Notes: generated by a model not told the origin, from the letters alone. Positions 31,601 to 40,535 are shown, numbered from the stretch's first letter. The stretch: DNA of 64,000 nt from a bacterium (GCA_965209155.1 OZ242383.1:2144001-2208000); one strand, 5' to 3'. Translations and numbers: made by a program.

Positions 31601-31658
31601 GTTGGATCTCATGAAAGGCATGAGCTTGAGTTGTATCATCCATTTTGCGCTCCCACAT
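25677..31658 (-). CDS. 1993-aa sigma54 activator: IS1595-type Zn-ribbon/HTH, Ser/Thr kinase-like, AAA (STAND), helical region, GAF, sigma54 AAA+, Fis HTH
   Basis: RWPAGYVCSLCG..QCRNC; YISPEQ/SDFYSLG; GSAGVGKT/LDDLQW; IYLENN; GESGTGKE, GAFTGA, WPGNVRELQN; LGIDRRTLFKKM. Confidence 0.9.
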   Translation of the reverse strand: MWERKMDDTTQAHAFHEIQQLFSNDEVCRNHLFHLRWPAGYVCSLCGSHRYDVLKKRQILQCRNCKHQTSIIAGTLMHRTRTPLRYWFWGIYYVAACNGETTAQQLSEIIGINYYSARRMLGKIHEIEKDQGFLGDLLKSFKMPVRSKEEIFTRPGMGTPPRPIKEPTIPDRKKPEIPGYSLEEVIFESSRTWLWRGRRQSDGLSVLIKGPSSQQSAQELAEIRHEHEITRDLEIDGVLKAEELAQCENGWTLILENTEGLPLRKLMDAARLDLLDSLKVAVSLTGILKEVHRQGILHKMINPFNIFLDPASGMVKLSGFGLATRLPRENLTTLSPRLSGETLPYISPEQTDRMNRPLDYRSDFYSLGATLYELFSGRAPFHSREAMEIIHAHIARQPVPLDQVAPQVPKTLSNMVMKLLAKRAEARYQSHSGLSADLLACVEQLENQGSLSDFPLARLDIPKELQIAPGLYGRKDEITALEAALERVSQGATEMVLISGSAGVGKTALVGEIHQSVAQKNGFFLSGKFDQLRHNIPYSALIQALRGLIREISVANKSGMERWKNRIRTALGANGQLVTRVIPELELMIGPQPPLPEMGALESRNRFTAVLLEFIGLFCEKTHPLVIFLDDLQWVDVDTLKLVERIARDPERKPLLFLGAYRDNEVEADHRLSISCEVIKKTGQPLQTIPLKSLNPENISQLLVHTCHCRPEEAKPLAELLARKTGGNPFFVGQFLTVLSEKGLIGYSPEEKRWTWDLAAIEFLAVTENVVEMLVDRLHRFSAETRRLLSLAACIGNTFDLESLELISGEEGGEINENLLPALETGLILGFSRAPEPDNPTAGASVEGGSFKFLHDRVQQAAYALIAQKERQPVHLQIGQTLLKQYAPGKSDALLFDIVHHLNLAQRLKGKWKERSHLAELNLEAGRHARAASAFEQALQYFTLGLYLLLGDAAWKRHYPLALSLHEEATEMSSLCGRFELMEKLAGAVKDNAREDPDLANVYRCRIKAYTNQGELKKAQETGAEILEKLGCQLSRLSLDQWQQTLVQIKSGLDGKSVADVMRFEPLTQPDAEVLVPILYELHLAYGEAGVTLDDGLWQPIAFIRISFLLNHFHPQYSPDFYCLLGFIYCLFTQDFEFSYELARLGIQLMEALDLKEINCKVSLAFNAATRFYQEPLSASLEPLLEAHQMGIETGDFFNAGQSAVVRCQIAFMCGKELNWLKGELSTLKAALKKIDYMLGSPRVEMLMKTVMVLMEEPASLSSGIMDQYDRVTSTEYSYYEHCSFNYQKLVLQTLFEEYEAARETAFEMINLMKTYKDSLIDPLANCYRSLALLAVYGQVTDREKEEILTQVHEHQDTLEKLARSAPPNYLHKYHLVEAERLRVLDGEPDTIMHHYDQAIALARESEFIHEEALANELAARYLLNQGQNVAAGSYLRSSMEQYEAWGAKRKVAHLKSRYPGLIADDRAEAASPSANLDLATMLKASEAISSTLELEPLLEILLVILIENAGAQTAALILETEGQSLIAARGSAEQVECFLPLSLPVEKAESLSLLIISWVKQTQEHLVLDNAAREVRFVEDDYIRRERPKSILCAPITHKSSLSGIIYLENNLVEGAFTSRRLEVIKHLTSQIAISLENARLHENLKKAMDELKASETSLHEENVRLKANIKDRFRFGDIIGKSEPMQRVYEQILRAAATNANVILYGESGTGKELVSRAIHDASDRKEQVFFPVNLGAIAENLIESEFFGHKKGAFTGADCDQRGFLHLADKGTLFLDELADIGLNLQVKLLRVLEGNGFTPVGTNEVIKPDIRFIAASNQDLSHRVKTGQIREDFYYRIHVFLIRLPPLRERKEDIPLLVEHFLKSTAALQQGKPITSGFLEALQAYDWPGNVRELQNTLHRYVSQGEVDFLGAPLRTPTPSPEMKFEPIWPNEELLRDAVAHFEREYILKQLEKNHWNRSKVASKLGIDRRTLFKKMRSYGVLEPHNVAK

Positions 31659-31744
31659 CTAAGATGGTTAAATGAAAACTCAGGGATGAGCTTGAGTTGT
31701 ATCATCCACTTTACGCTCCCACATCTAAGATGGTTGAATGAAAA
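31620..31744. repeat. 59-bp imperfect direct repeat (31620-31678, 31686-31744) over the activator start
   Basis: ATGAGCTTGAGTTGTATCATCCA...GATGGTT.AATGAAAA; 3 mismatches. Confidence 0.9.
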
Positions 31745-32159
31745 TTTTTGATTGTCAATTTTATGTTTGTATAACCTTTCAGATGGTTGAACGCAAGAAA
31801 AATTGTACTTCCATCACAGAAACTTCATCACTTTTAAACTTGTCGCTATTTTTTAAAAGAATAAAGCAGTAACTGAGCGTTCGCAAATTTTTATGAAGGT
31901 TTTTGAAAAAGATGCGTTTTTACGTATGGATGAGGAACAAACGATTCCTGAGGAAGCGGAATTGGTTTCACTTCAACCCACTTCCTTAAAACTTCAAACA
32001 ATTTCTTTATGATCATGAGCCAAAAAGCGAATGTTCACTTTGAATTTATTAATTTCTTATCTCGGCTCAGGTTAACTAGCTGGGAGAGCCCTCTCCTTAG
32101 AAATAAGAGATTGGTCAAGAAAAGCAGGAAAATATCTGCTTTCATCAAAAAAATACTTG

Positions 32160-32183
32160 AATAGCAGACAAATGTCTGTTATT
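32160..32183. promoter_or_regulatory. Candidate LexA operator overlapping a promoter
   Basis: AATAGCAGACA-AA-TGTCTGTTATT palindrome beside TTGAAT (32157-62), upstream of lexA. Confidence 0.55.
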
Positions 32184-32315
32184 TATGAAATGCATTAACG
32201 AAAAAGGACTTGTCCGGAACATGACACGCATGCCCATTGGGGGAGGAGAAATTCTTAAGACGCTGAAAGAGAAATGGATTTGTTGGGAGATGCTTTAACA
32301 ATTTTTCAAACGTGA

Positions 32316-32492
32316 ATCAGGAGTTAAAAAACGTGTCATTCCTGGCTTGACCAGGAATCCAGGGGGATACGGGCGATATTTTGGATGCCGGATCATCCCG
32401 GTCCCGGATCAAGTCCGGGATGATCCGGGACCAGCATGGCACATCATAGTTATTTAATTATTGATTTTATAAATTAAATTTCAACTCCTGAT
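32316..32492. mobile_element. MITE/REP-containing element in the lexA leader
   Basis: TIR ATCAGGAGTT/AACTCCTGAT; internal GTCATTCCTGGCTTGACCAGGAATCCA and CCCGGATCAAGTCCGGG palindromes. Confidence 0.7.
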
Positions 32493-32543
32493 GCGCATTT
32501 TTTCAAGTAGAATTACTTGGTGATTAATTTAAGGGAAATTCAG

Positions 32544-33158
32544 ATGGCATATACGCAACCTGGAGAGACAAGAAAGAAGGTTTATGAATTTGTCCGGGAG
32601 AGGATTCTGAATGGTACGCCACCGACTACGCGTGAGGTACAGCAGGAATTTGGCTTTCGGGCGATTCAATCAGCTCGACAGCATCTCGAGGCACTGGTAT
32701 CTGAGGGAAAGTTGCTTAAAAACTCAAGGAAAGCTCGCTCTCATCAACTGCCTGAAACAAAAAAGGTTTGTCCCCCCAATTTAATCCCTATGTTAGGGCA
32801 TGTTCAGGCAGGAGATTTAACCGAGGCATTGGAAGTCCCGAATGAATATATCCCGGTACAGACACGCTTTGACAATCAGGAACTCTTTGCTTTGACTGTA
32901 GAAGGGGAAAGCATGCTCCAAGCTGGTATATTGGCAGGAGATACCGTGATAGTCCGTAAGCAGCCTACCGCTAGTACGGGGGACATCGTGGTAGCAATGG
33001 TCGGAGAGAAAGCAACCGTGAAAAGATACCGGGAAAAAGACGGACAGGTCGAATTACATCCAGAGAACGATTCCTTTGAACCGATTAACCTTCAAAAAGA
33101 AGGTGAACCTTTTGTATTGCTGGGTAAAGTCATAGAAGTGCGAAGGAACCTCGAATAA
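32544..33158 (+). CDS. lexA: LexA repressor heading the mutagenesis cassette
   Basis: PPTTREV wHTH, VQAG cleavage site, GESM (Ser), TVKR (Lys). Confidence 0.93.
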   Translation: MAYTQPGETRKKVYEFVRERILNGTPPTTREVQQEFGFRAIQSARQHLEALVSEGKLLKNSRKARSHQLPETKKVCPPNLIPMLGHVQAGDLTEALEVPNEYIPVQTRFDNQELFALTVEGESMLQAGILAGDTVIVRKQPTASTGDIVVAMVGEKATVKRYREKDGQVELHPENDSFEPINLQKEGEPFVLLGKVIEVRRNLE

Positions 33159-33173
33159 ACCAAAAGAAAAGAG

Positions 33174-33809
33174 ATGGTAGCCTTACAAAAAAGTGACCTC
33201 AGGCAACTCAATCCCCGCCTTGAATGGATTCCAGAAACAAGACAGGTTAAAACGCCACTTTGGTCACGGACGCAATTGGCCGGACGTCTTTGTGAGATCT
33301 CCTCAGTTGCTGGAGGTGCTTTATTGACAGCTGCATTTCGCTTGGTGCTGGATGCTCAATTCGAGGGGGAACCGGTGGCTTGGATCTCAACATGTTCTGA
33401 GACTTTCTTTGCTCCTGACGTTGTCAAAAACGGGGTAGATCTGAATGCATTGGTGGTCATTCGAGTACCCAAGGTACAAACTGTGGCACGTGCAGCGGAC
33501 CATCTCTTGAAATCGGGAGCTTTTGGTTTGATTGTGATGGATTTGAATTCTAGTCCCAGCATTCCCATCCCAATGCAAATGCGTTTGGCTCAACAGGCAC
33601 GAATTCACGAAACCGCAATTCTTTTTCTGACTACTAAAACGCGAGAATCAGCTTCGTTGGGACCAATGATATCTTTGAGAGGACAAATCACTTGCCGGTA
33701 CCTGGAAGTCGATCACTTTCAATATGAAATTGAGATTTTGAAGGACAAACTTCATGGACCAGGTTGGCGACATATCGAGATCTGCCATGGGACGGGTGGC
33801 TTGCATTAA
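33174..33809 (+). CDS. imuA: ImuA / RecA-like translesion accessory protein
   Basis: GRLCEIS, AADHLLKSGAFGLIVMD; position in the cassette. Confidence 0.82.
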   Translation: MVALQKSDLRQLNPRLEWIPETRQVKTPLWSRTQLAGRLCEISSVAGGALLTAAFRLVLDAQFEGEPVAWISTCSETFFAPDVVKNGVDLNALVVIRVPKVQTVARAADHLLKSGAFGLIVMDLNSSPSIPIPMQMRLAQQARIHETAILFLTTKTRESASLGPMISLRGQITCRYLEVDHFQYEIEILKDKLHGPGWRHIEICHGTGGLH

Positions 33810-35241
33810 TATCCAGGTTCTACCGTTACAATTACTGCTGAGGAAACATCCCTCATGGAAAAACAGACCTGTTGCATTAATAAAAAAAGATACTCCTCAA
33901 AGCCCCATTCTGTTGGTTAACTCAGTGGCCAGGCGGGCCGGGATACGGTCGGGAATGCGCTACTCTTCCGCACTTTCTCTGGACCAGAATCTATGCGCTG
34001 GGACGGTTTCAGATAAAGAAATTCAGAAGTCGCTCCAGCAAATCCTCAAGCTGTTAGACCGATTCAGCCCCCGAGTTGAACTGTATGAGGAGGAACCGGG
34101 GATTTTCTGGATCGATGCAATGGGACTCGACAAGCTTTATGGATCTTTGGAGGACTGGACCAGACAGATTGTTTCTCAACTTTCACACTTACAGTTTCAT
34201 GTGAGTATCTCAGTTGGATTCACTCGTTTTGGCAGCTACGTCTCTGCCAGGGAAAAGAATCGAGTGATCGTTTTCCCTTCCAGCGAGGTTGAAAAGAGAG
34301 AATGCCGCAAGGTAAGGTTACGTTACCTGCATCTCGATCCGATGCTGCATGATCGACTCGAGAAATTGGCTATCCATACAGTGGGAGACTTCCTTGATCT
34401 ACCTGAAAACAGCATTGGCATTAATCTGGGAAAACAAGCTTGGAGATTTTACCAATTTGCATCGGGAGAACTCTCGTTACCAATCCAGTCCCATAGATTT
34501 CAAGAACCTCTATGCGCATGGATAGACTTGAATGAATGCGATTGTAATTCCATGAGATTGCTTTTTTGGATCAAACGGTTATTCAATCCCATTCTGAAGA
34601 AAATTGCAGAAAGATGCCAGGCAGTATCAGCCCTCCAATTGCAGATTCTGTTCGAGAACGGAGAACGTCACCGACATCGCATTCAAGCTGCAAGACCAAC
34701 CTTGCAGGGGGCAATCATTCTGGATTTGGTCCGTTTGCACCTGGAGACAGTTTCCTTCCATGTTTTACCCATTGAATTGTTTTTCAGGGTGGAAGGAGTG
34801 CGTGTTTCTGCTGAGGAATTGAAGCTGCTGCAGAAAAATCCACTGCGTAATTCAGAGGCGGCTATGAACGCCCTGGCTCGATTAAGGGCCGAGTTTGGTC
34901 CAGGTTCGGTGCTCTCTGTCCGTCTCAAATCAGGCCATTTGCCAGAGGCATGTTTCGAGTGGCAGTCTTTCAAGAGTTTCAATGATGCCAACCCGCGATT
35001 TGTCTCTATGCGCTCTTTGATCCGACGTATCTACACGCGACCCGAATTTTTAGGAAAATCGCCAGAGAAAAAAAACCTCTCACCCGGCTCGAGACGATTT
35101 GAATATCGCATCAATGGGGGATGGTGGAATCGAGAAGTGCGAAGAAATTATCGCTTCGTCAAGTCTGAACGAGGGGAAATTCTCTGGATTTTTTATGACG
35201 AACTAAGAAGGTCTTGGTACTCTCAAGGTCGAGTCGAGTGA
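33787..35241 (+). CDS. imuB: ImuB, inactive Y-family polymerase
   Basis: [32 protein letters not shown]. Confidence 0.85.
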   Translation: MGRVACINIQVLPLQLLLRKHPSWKNRPVALIKKDTPQSPILLVNSVARRAGIRSGMRYSSALSLDQNLCAGTVSDKEIQKSLQQILKLLDRFSPRVELYEEEPGIFWIDAMGLDKLYGSLEDWTRQIVSQLSHLQFHVSISVGFTRFGSYVSAREKNRVIVFPSSEVEKRECRKVRLRYLHLDPMLHDRLEKLAIHTVGDFLDLPENSIGINLGKQAWRFYQFASGELSLPIQSHRFQEPLCAWIDLNECDCNSMRLLFWIKRLFNPILKKIAERCQAVSALQLQILFENGERHRHRIQAARPTLQGAIILDLVRLHLETVSFHVLPIELFFRVEGVRVSAEELKLLQKNPLRNSEAAMNALARLRAEFGPGSVLSVRLKSGHLPEACFEWQSFKSFNDANPRFVSMRSLIRRIYTRPEFLGKSPEKKNLSPGSRRFEYRINGGWWNREVRRNYRFVKSERGEILWIFYDELRRSWYSQGRVE

Positions 35242-35257
35242 TATAATTGAGGATAAT

Positions 35258-36518
35258 ATGATCAACAAAAAAAATGACAACGTCTTAACTTTGAATTCTA
35301 AATATGTCGATCCACAGAATTTTAATTGCGGTCCATCTTATGTTCCCCTCTGGTGTAAGAGCAACTATTCATTTCTGGAAGGAGCCAGCCATCCCGAGGA
35401 GTTGATTGACACCTGCCTGCATAATGGCATTGATTCACTAGCGCTCACTGATCGCAATGGAGTCTATGGAAGCGTCAGGGCTCATGTTCGCGCTTCGCAG
35501 TTGGAAATTCACTTAATCATTGGCTCTCAAATCAGTTTGCAGGATGGATCGGAATTCCTTTTGCTGGTGCAAAACAAAGAAGGTTACCAAAACCTCTGTC
35601 GTTTGTTGACTGAAGGGCACCTGGGTTCTACAAAGGGGGATTGTAAGCTGGGTTTGCTGGAAGTTTGCCAGTACAACCCCGGTTTACTAATTCTCTGGAT
35701 TGGTCAGTCCGATCCAAATACTGCTCGGGAACACGATCCGGAGCCTGTTCTGGAGCAACTCAAAACAGCATTTGAAGACCGTCTTTATATGATTGTATCC
35801 AGACACTATCAGGCGGAAGAGGTACTATGGGAGGAAAAAAGGCGCAAATTAGCGATAGGCTTGGAGTTGTCCACAGTGGCTGCCGTGGAAGTTCTTTATC
35901 ACACTACCGAACGGCGTCGATTGCAGGATGTTCTGACCTGTATTCGAGAAGGAGTGACCCTGACCACGGCGGGTAAAATTATCAAGCCAAACGACCAGTA
36001 TGCTTTGCAGAGTCCGGATGATTTTGCGCATCTTTTTCACGATGATCCTCAGTCTGTCCTGAGATCCCGGGAAATTGCCACACGCTGTTCTTTTTCACTG
36101 AAAGAGCTACATTATCGTTACCCATTAGATAAATTACCAGGAGGTAAGACTTCCAGCCAATATTTACGAGATAAAACTTTCGAAGGCGCTGCTTATCGCT
36201 TGGGCAGGAAATTTAAAGAACACATTCCACAATTGGAAAGAGAACTCGACCTGATCGAGGAACTGGAATATGAAGGCTACTTTCTGACCATGTACGACAT
36301 TGTAGAATTCTGCCGCCGTCAGGATATCCTTTGCCAGGGTCGAGGGTCGGCTGCCAATTCTTCCGTCTGTTTTGCCTTAGGGATCACCAGTGTAGATCCA
36401 ACCCGGGTGGATCTCCTTTTCGAGCGTTTTTTATCGAGGGAAAGGGCGGAACCACCAGATATTGATCTTGATATCGAGCACAAACGACGGGAAGAGGTGA
36501 TTCAGTATGTTTACGAAA
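35258..36518 (+). pseudogene. dnaE2: dnaE2 5' part (PHP domain and start of the polymerase core), interrupted
   Basis: [30 protein letters not shown]; breaks at EEVIQYVYE. Confidence 0.93.
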
Positions 36519-36595
36519 GGGGATTATATACATAAGTAAAATGACACTGCCAAAGCAACGCACTTGACTTGCCAGAGATAGAACACTAATATAAT

Positions 36596-36635
36596 AAAAA
36601 AGGCGCCATAAGATTTGACCGAATCTCATGACGCC
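36596..36635 (-). terminator. Intrinsic terminator-like hairpin near the element end
   Basis: Minus strand GGCGTCATGAGATT-CGGTCA-AATCTTATGGCGCC-TTTTTT. Confidence 0.7.
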
Positions 36636-36814
36636 AAAAGTTGTTCAGTCCGAAAGTACCCACCGAAGACATAAACAACGTGGTAATGAGATTTTCTCAT
36701 AGTTTAAGTCATTTGTAAAACTTTTTGACTGAAATAATTTTCTTTCAAAAGGTCTATAAAATGACGATCAATATTTATTATAAATGTAGGGTTTATAACC
36801 ATCCAAAGAAAAAA

Positions 36815-37117
36815 TTATTTCGTATAAATTGGACTAGATTCGTATTCTTCTTTATTCTGTCTGTCATTCTTTTTCTTCTTTGATCCTTTACCCTTCATAT
36901 AATGCCACTCTCCCGAAGATTTCGGGGGAGCGTTTAATAAACTCTTTGCAATCTCTCCAGCCCTGTCATGTATAAGTTGAGGTATCCCCTGCCCACTTCG
37001 TACCTCATGAAATATTTGAGATTCGAGAGTTCTCATTTTCATTGAGACTTGATCAGAATTATCTGACTCAGTCCATGATTTTACTGGACGGCCAACCTTT
37101 CTTTTTTCTTTTTTCAT
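36815..37117 (-). CDS. Small basic protein with AT-hook-like KVGRP motif
   Basis: RBS AAGGA; paralogous to 40377-40535. Confidence 0.7.
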   Translation of the reverse strand: MKKEKRKVGRPVKSWTESDNSDQVSMKMRTLESQIFHEVRSGQGIPQLIHDRAGEIAKSLLNAPPKSSGEWHYMKGKGSKKKKNDRQNKEEYESSPIYTK

Positions 37118-37224
37118 TTTACATCCTTAATGCTTCAAAGAAGCCCTTTCTAAATAGCGTTCTATAATACTAAAATACTGAAGCATAGAAACCGTTACAG
37201 TAATATTCTATTAACTCATAACTT

Positions 37225-37644
37225 TTACGGCTTGGGCCACACAACACAAAAGACAGAATTGTATTTATCGAAATTGAAATTACCACGTCTTCCGACATCT
37301 CTTCTCATGGACAATATAACATTACTTATCTGTTGATACCCTGGCATGAGCCGGTAATTGCAATCGAACACTTTTCTTAATAAAAGTACTTTTTCTATCG
37401 TGTCTTCATTGGCATACAGTAAGAAATTGGCAGCTGTCAATGACCTTCGTTTGTGCTCTTCGTGTACAAGACCTGTTTCTTCACTTGATCGAAGAATGAG
37501 GGCTTCAAGATAAGAACTGTAGGCATGGGTTGCAGCTTCTTTGCTCAATTCATGATTCACTACAATTATGCCACCAATAATAGTTACTACTGTAGTAACG
37601 ACTGCCACTAAAAGTATAGTAACCTGTTTTGTCAATTCATTCAT
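37225..37644 (-). CDS. Hypothetical membrane-anchored passenger protein
   Basis: N-terminal hydrophobic helix; co-oriented cargo. Confidence 0.6.
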   Translation of the reverse strand: MNELTKQVTILLVAVVTTVVTIIGGIIVVNHELSKEAATHAYSSYLEALILRSSEETGLVHEEHKRRSLTAANFLLYANEDTIEKVLLLRKVFDCNYRLMPGYQQISNVILSMRRDVGRRGNFNFDKYNSVFCVVWPKP

Positions 37645-37674
37645 ACTTTAATATCAGGCTAAAGATTCATAAAA

Positions 37675-37920
37675 CTATTTACCTTTCTTAGACTTCTTTC
37701 CGTCAAAAGATATTCCCTGTTCTTTTGCTACGTTATCGGCAAGAATTTCCCATTTTTTCATAACTCTCCTTGAATCATCTATAAGACCCTGCATTTCTTT
37801 ATCTAATTCTTTTTTTGGCATTTTATCTTTCCCTTCAAATTGTTTTTTGAAAAATTTCAATATCTTCGATAAATATTTGATGTACTCCCATATTTCACGA
37901 ATATCAATATTAAATTCCAT
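37675..37920 (-). CDS. Hypothetical passenger protein
   Basis: 81-aa ORF co-oriented with the other cargo genes. Confidence 0.5.
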   Translation of the reverse strand: MEFNIDIREIWEYIKYLSKILKFFKKQFEGKDKMPKKELDKEMQGLIDDSRRVMKKWEILADNVAKEQGISFDGKKSKKGK

Positions 37921-38069
37921 TCGCTTTTATTTCTCTAATTCTGCCTAAGAATCAGAATAAATTACCTGGCACCACCAAAAGATCCCCGGAATTCACCATC
38001 TGCTGCATTTGATTATAGGCCAAAGTAATTTAGCAAAAGCCCAATAGTCAGATATATTCGGATATTCCA

Positions 38070-38720
38070 TTAATTAGATTCTCCGAATTGCCTTTGAATA
38101 ACTCTTTTTTCAGCAGAATCAAATTCCAGTCCCCACTGTTTCTTAATTTCAATCCAGATCCGCATATATTCCCTTTGATACTCTTTATTGGGAGGTAACC
38201 ATTGAGCAATGTCTTTAGCTCCCTTGCTTCGGTTAGCACCCCGATAAACTGCAATAAGATGATCCTTATTTTGCAGGGAGTTTGCATATTGACTTTTTCT
38301 TGATCTGCTCCAGTTTTTTGCACCAGATAAATAAGCTTCTTTCAAAGGGACTACGTGATCCACATCAAGCATTGACGGGTCAGTAAAGATACGTCCCGTA
38401 TAGGGATCAAGCCACCTACCAGAAACAACAATACATTGCCTTGCTGTCTTAAAAGTAACCGGGACTAGACTTTCTTCAATCAAGACTTCATGCCGGGTAT
38501 TTTGGCAATCCCTGTCGGAATCAATCCAGTTGCCCCAGTTGCTTCGATTATAACCTGAACTTTGTTGAGGTTGTCGAGGTGGCCTTTTTGATACATGACA
38601 ATGATAATCTCCTGTCTTCCGATTATTGTGACACCCGTCCTTATTCGTTCGGCCTGAATGAGCAAAAGAGAGAGATACCAGAGAGAAAACCAAAGTCAAA
38701 AATAGAATTCCTGTTTTCAT
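38070..38720 (-). CDS. Secreted YHYH-domain plus HNH (DUF1524-like) nuclease
   Basis: Signal peptide, HSGRTNKDGCH..DYHCH, WLDPYTG, DVDHVVPL, NRSKGAK..WLP. Confidence 0.85.
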   Translation of the reverse strand: MKTGILFLTLVFSLVSLSFAHSGRTNKDGCHNNRKTGDYHCHVSKRPPRQPQQSSGYNRSNWGNWIDSDRDCQNTRHEVLIEESLVPVTFKTARQCIVVSGRWLDPYTGRIFTDPSMLDVDHVVPLKEAYLSGAKNWSRSRKSQYANSLQNKDHLIAVYRGANRSKGAKDIAQWLPPNKEYQREYMRIWIEIKKQWGLEFDSAEKRVIQRQFGESN

Positions 38721-38735
38721 CTTTCATTCTAACAT

Positions 38736-38984
38736 TTAGTCAGATTGGGGGTTAATAACTTTAGAATTTGATTCGATCTTAATTAAACAACCTCTGATAT
38801 CCATTAAAATAAATATGATCCCAACACTAATAGATCCAACAATAAATCCAAAAAATCCTCCCAATATTACCATACCTGGTTGGTTGGGTATAAAAAATCC
38901 TGGTGCCACCAATCCTAAAATAACCCAAAATATTAAAAGAAGATAACAAGACAAATTTAATGTATTAATTACCAATTTCCTCAT
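38736..38984 (-). CDS. Small two-TM passenger protein
   Basis: AAGGAG RBS; two hydrophobic helices. Confidence 0.65.
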   Translation of the reverse strand: MRKLVINTLNLSCYLLLIFWVILGLVAPGFFIPNQPGMVILGGFFGFIVGSISVGIIFILMDIRGCLIKIESNSKVINPQSD

Positions 38985-39368
38985 ATTATCTCCTTATTTA
39001 AAAAGTTCTTTAAAAGCATCCTTTAATTCCTGCGTCGCATTATCTAATTCAACCATTTCTTCTCGGAATTCTTGTTTGAATTCTCCATGCGTTAGATCAG
39101 GATTATAAGACGGAGATAATTGGACACTAGTAAAAAGAATAATAACTGAGCCAATCAAAACAACTACAGCTCGTCTTCTAGTTGATAAATAAAAAAGGGA
39201 ATTATATACAAAGTTAACCATGGATTTGCAGGCCGGGCGCTACGCCTCGCCTAATCCCAGTCCAAAAATAATAAACAAAAATGAATAAAAACGCATTTTT
39301 TTGTTGACAGACTGTGATTTATTGGTTAATATACTTCTAAAATTATTAACTTTTCATGGAGTTGAAAA

Positions 39369-40301
39369 ATGGCAGAAGCACCCGGAAAAAATCACAGAAA
39401 AGGCATCACGGTTTTGGAACTGATGGACATGTTCCCAGATGACAAGACGGCTGAAAAAATGTTCATTGATAAGCGATGGCCTGATGGGATACGATGTGCA
39501 CATTGTGAAAGCGAGCGAATTATAAAGTATGAAAATTCTAAAAATCCGATGCCGTTTCGTTGTAAAGATTGTAGGAAGTTTTTTTCAGTGAAGACCGGAA
39601 CGGCTATGGAAGCTTCTAAAATTGGTTACCGGAAGTGGGCTTTCGCTTTCTATCTGATGGCCACGAATATCAAAGGGGTTGCCAGTATGAAGCTATACCG
39701 GGAATTGGGATTTACTCAAAAAACGGCATGGTTTGTCAATCATAGAATCCGGGAATGCTGGAATAATAACAAACCTCTTTTTAATGGTCCGGTTGAAATG
39801 GACGAGACTTATGTAGGGGGTAAGGAATCTCTGAAACATGAGTCTAAAAAGAAGAAAGAGGGACGGGGTACGGTTGGCAAATCCCCAGTTGTAGGTATTA
39901 AGGATCGAGAGACCGGACAAGTGGTAGCCACCGCAACGGAAGATACAAAGAAGCCGGTTATTGAGAAGATGATCCAGGAATATGTAAAACAAAATTCCAT
40001 GATTTATACAGACGAAGCTACCGTTTATAAGGGGCTTCCTAATCATGAATCTGTCCGGCATAGCCACGATGAATACGTGAGAGGAGATGTCCATACTGCT
40101 GGTATTGATTCCTTCTGGAGTATGCTCAAAAGGGGACACAAAGGGACATATCACAAAATGAGTGCCAAGCATTTGGATCGCTATGTTAAGGAATTTGCTG
40201 GTAGGCAAAATCAGCGAGAGCTTGATACCCTGGCACAAATCGAATCAATGGCCAAAGGCATGGAAGGAAAACGGCTTAAGTATAAAAATCTGATAGCTTG
40301 A
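39369..40301 (+). CDS. IS1595-family transposase (inner element)
   Basis: RWPDG.RC..C..C..C Zn ribbon, TQKTAW HTH, EMDETYVGG, IYTDE, SFWSMLKRG. Confidence 0.95.
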   Translation: MAEAPGKNHRKGITVLELMDMFPDDKTAEKMFIDKRWPDGIRCAHCESERIIKYENSKNPMPFRCKDCRKFFSVKTGTAMEASKIGYRKWAFAFYLMATNIKGVASMKLYRELGFTQKTAWFVNHRIRECWNNNKPLFNGPVEMDETYVGGKESLKHESKKKKEGRGTVGKSPVVGIKDRETGQVVATATEDTKKPVIEKMIQEYVKQNSMIYTDEATVYKGLPNHESVRHSHDEYVRGDVHTAGIDSFWSMLKRGHKGTYHKMSAKHLDRYVKEFAGRQNQRELDTLAQIESMAKGMEGKRLKYKNLIA

Positions 40302-40376
40302 ATATTTGCATTCCTGCATGATCAGATTAGCTACTTGATTGTGAAGGAATGTCAACAATATATCAGGAGATTTAAA

Positions 40377-40535
40377 ATGAAAACAAAAGAGAAGAAAAAA
40401 GTAGGAAGACCCGCCAAGCCGATGCCGGAAAAGATTAACGCAACGGCAGACGAGATCATAACTGTGTTTTTAAAATCCCCGCCCCGGCGTTCTGATCAAT
40501 GGAAATTTATGCAGAAGGAAGAAAGTAAAGAGTAG
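40377..40535 (+). CDS. Small basic accessory protein (KKVGRPAK...LKSPP..W.FM)
   Basis: AGGAGA RBS; the only other ORF in the inner IS. Confidence 0.75.
   Translation: MKTKEKKKVGRPAKPMPEKINATADEIITVFLKSPPRRSDQWKFMQKEESKE

Noticed and set aside
38994..39221. 75-aa ORF starting MVNFVYNS as an intact gene
   Set aside because: Its start lies within the nested IS end; the real N-terminus is at 40696
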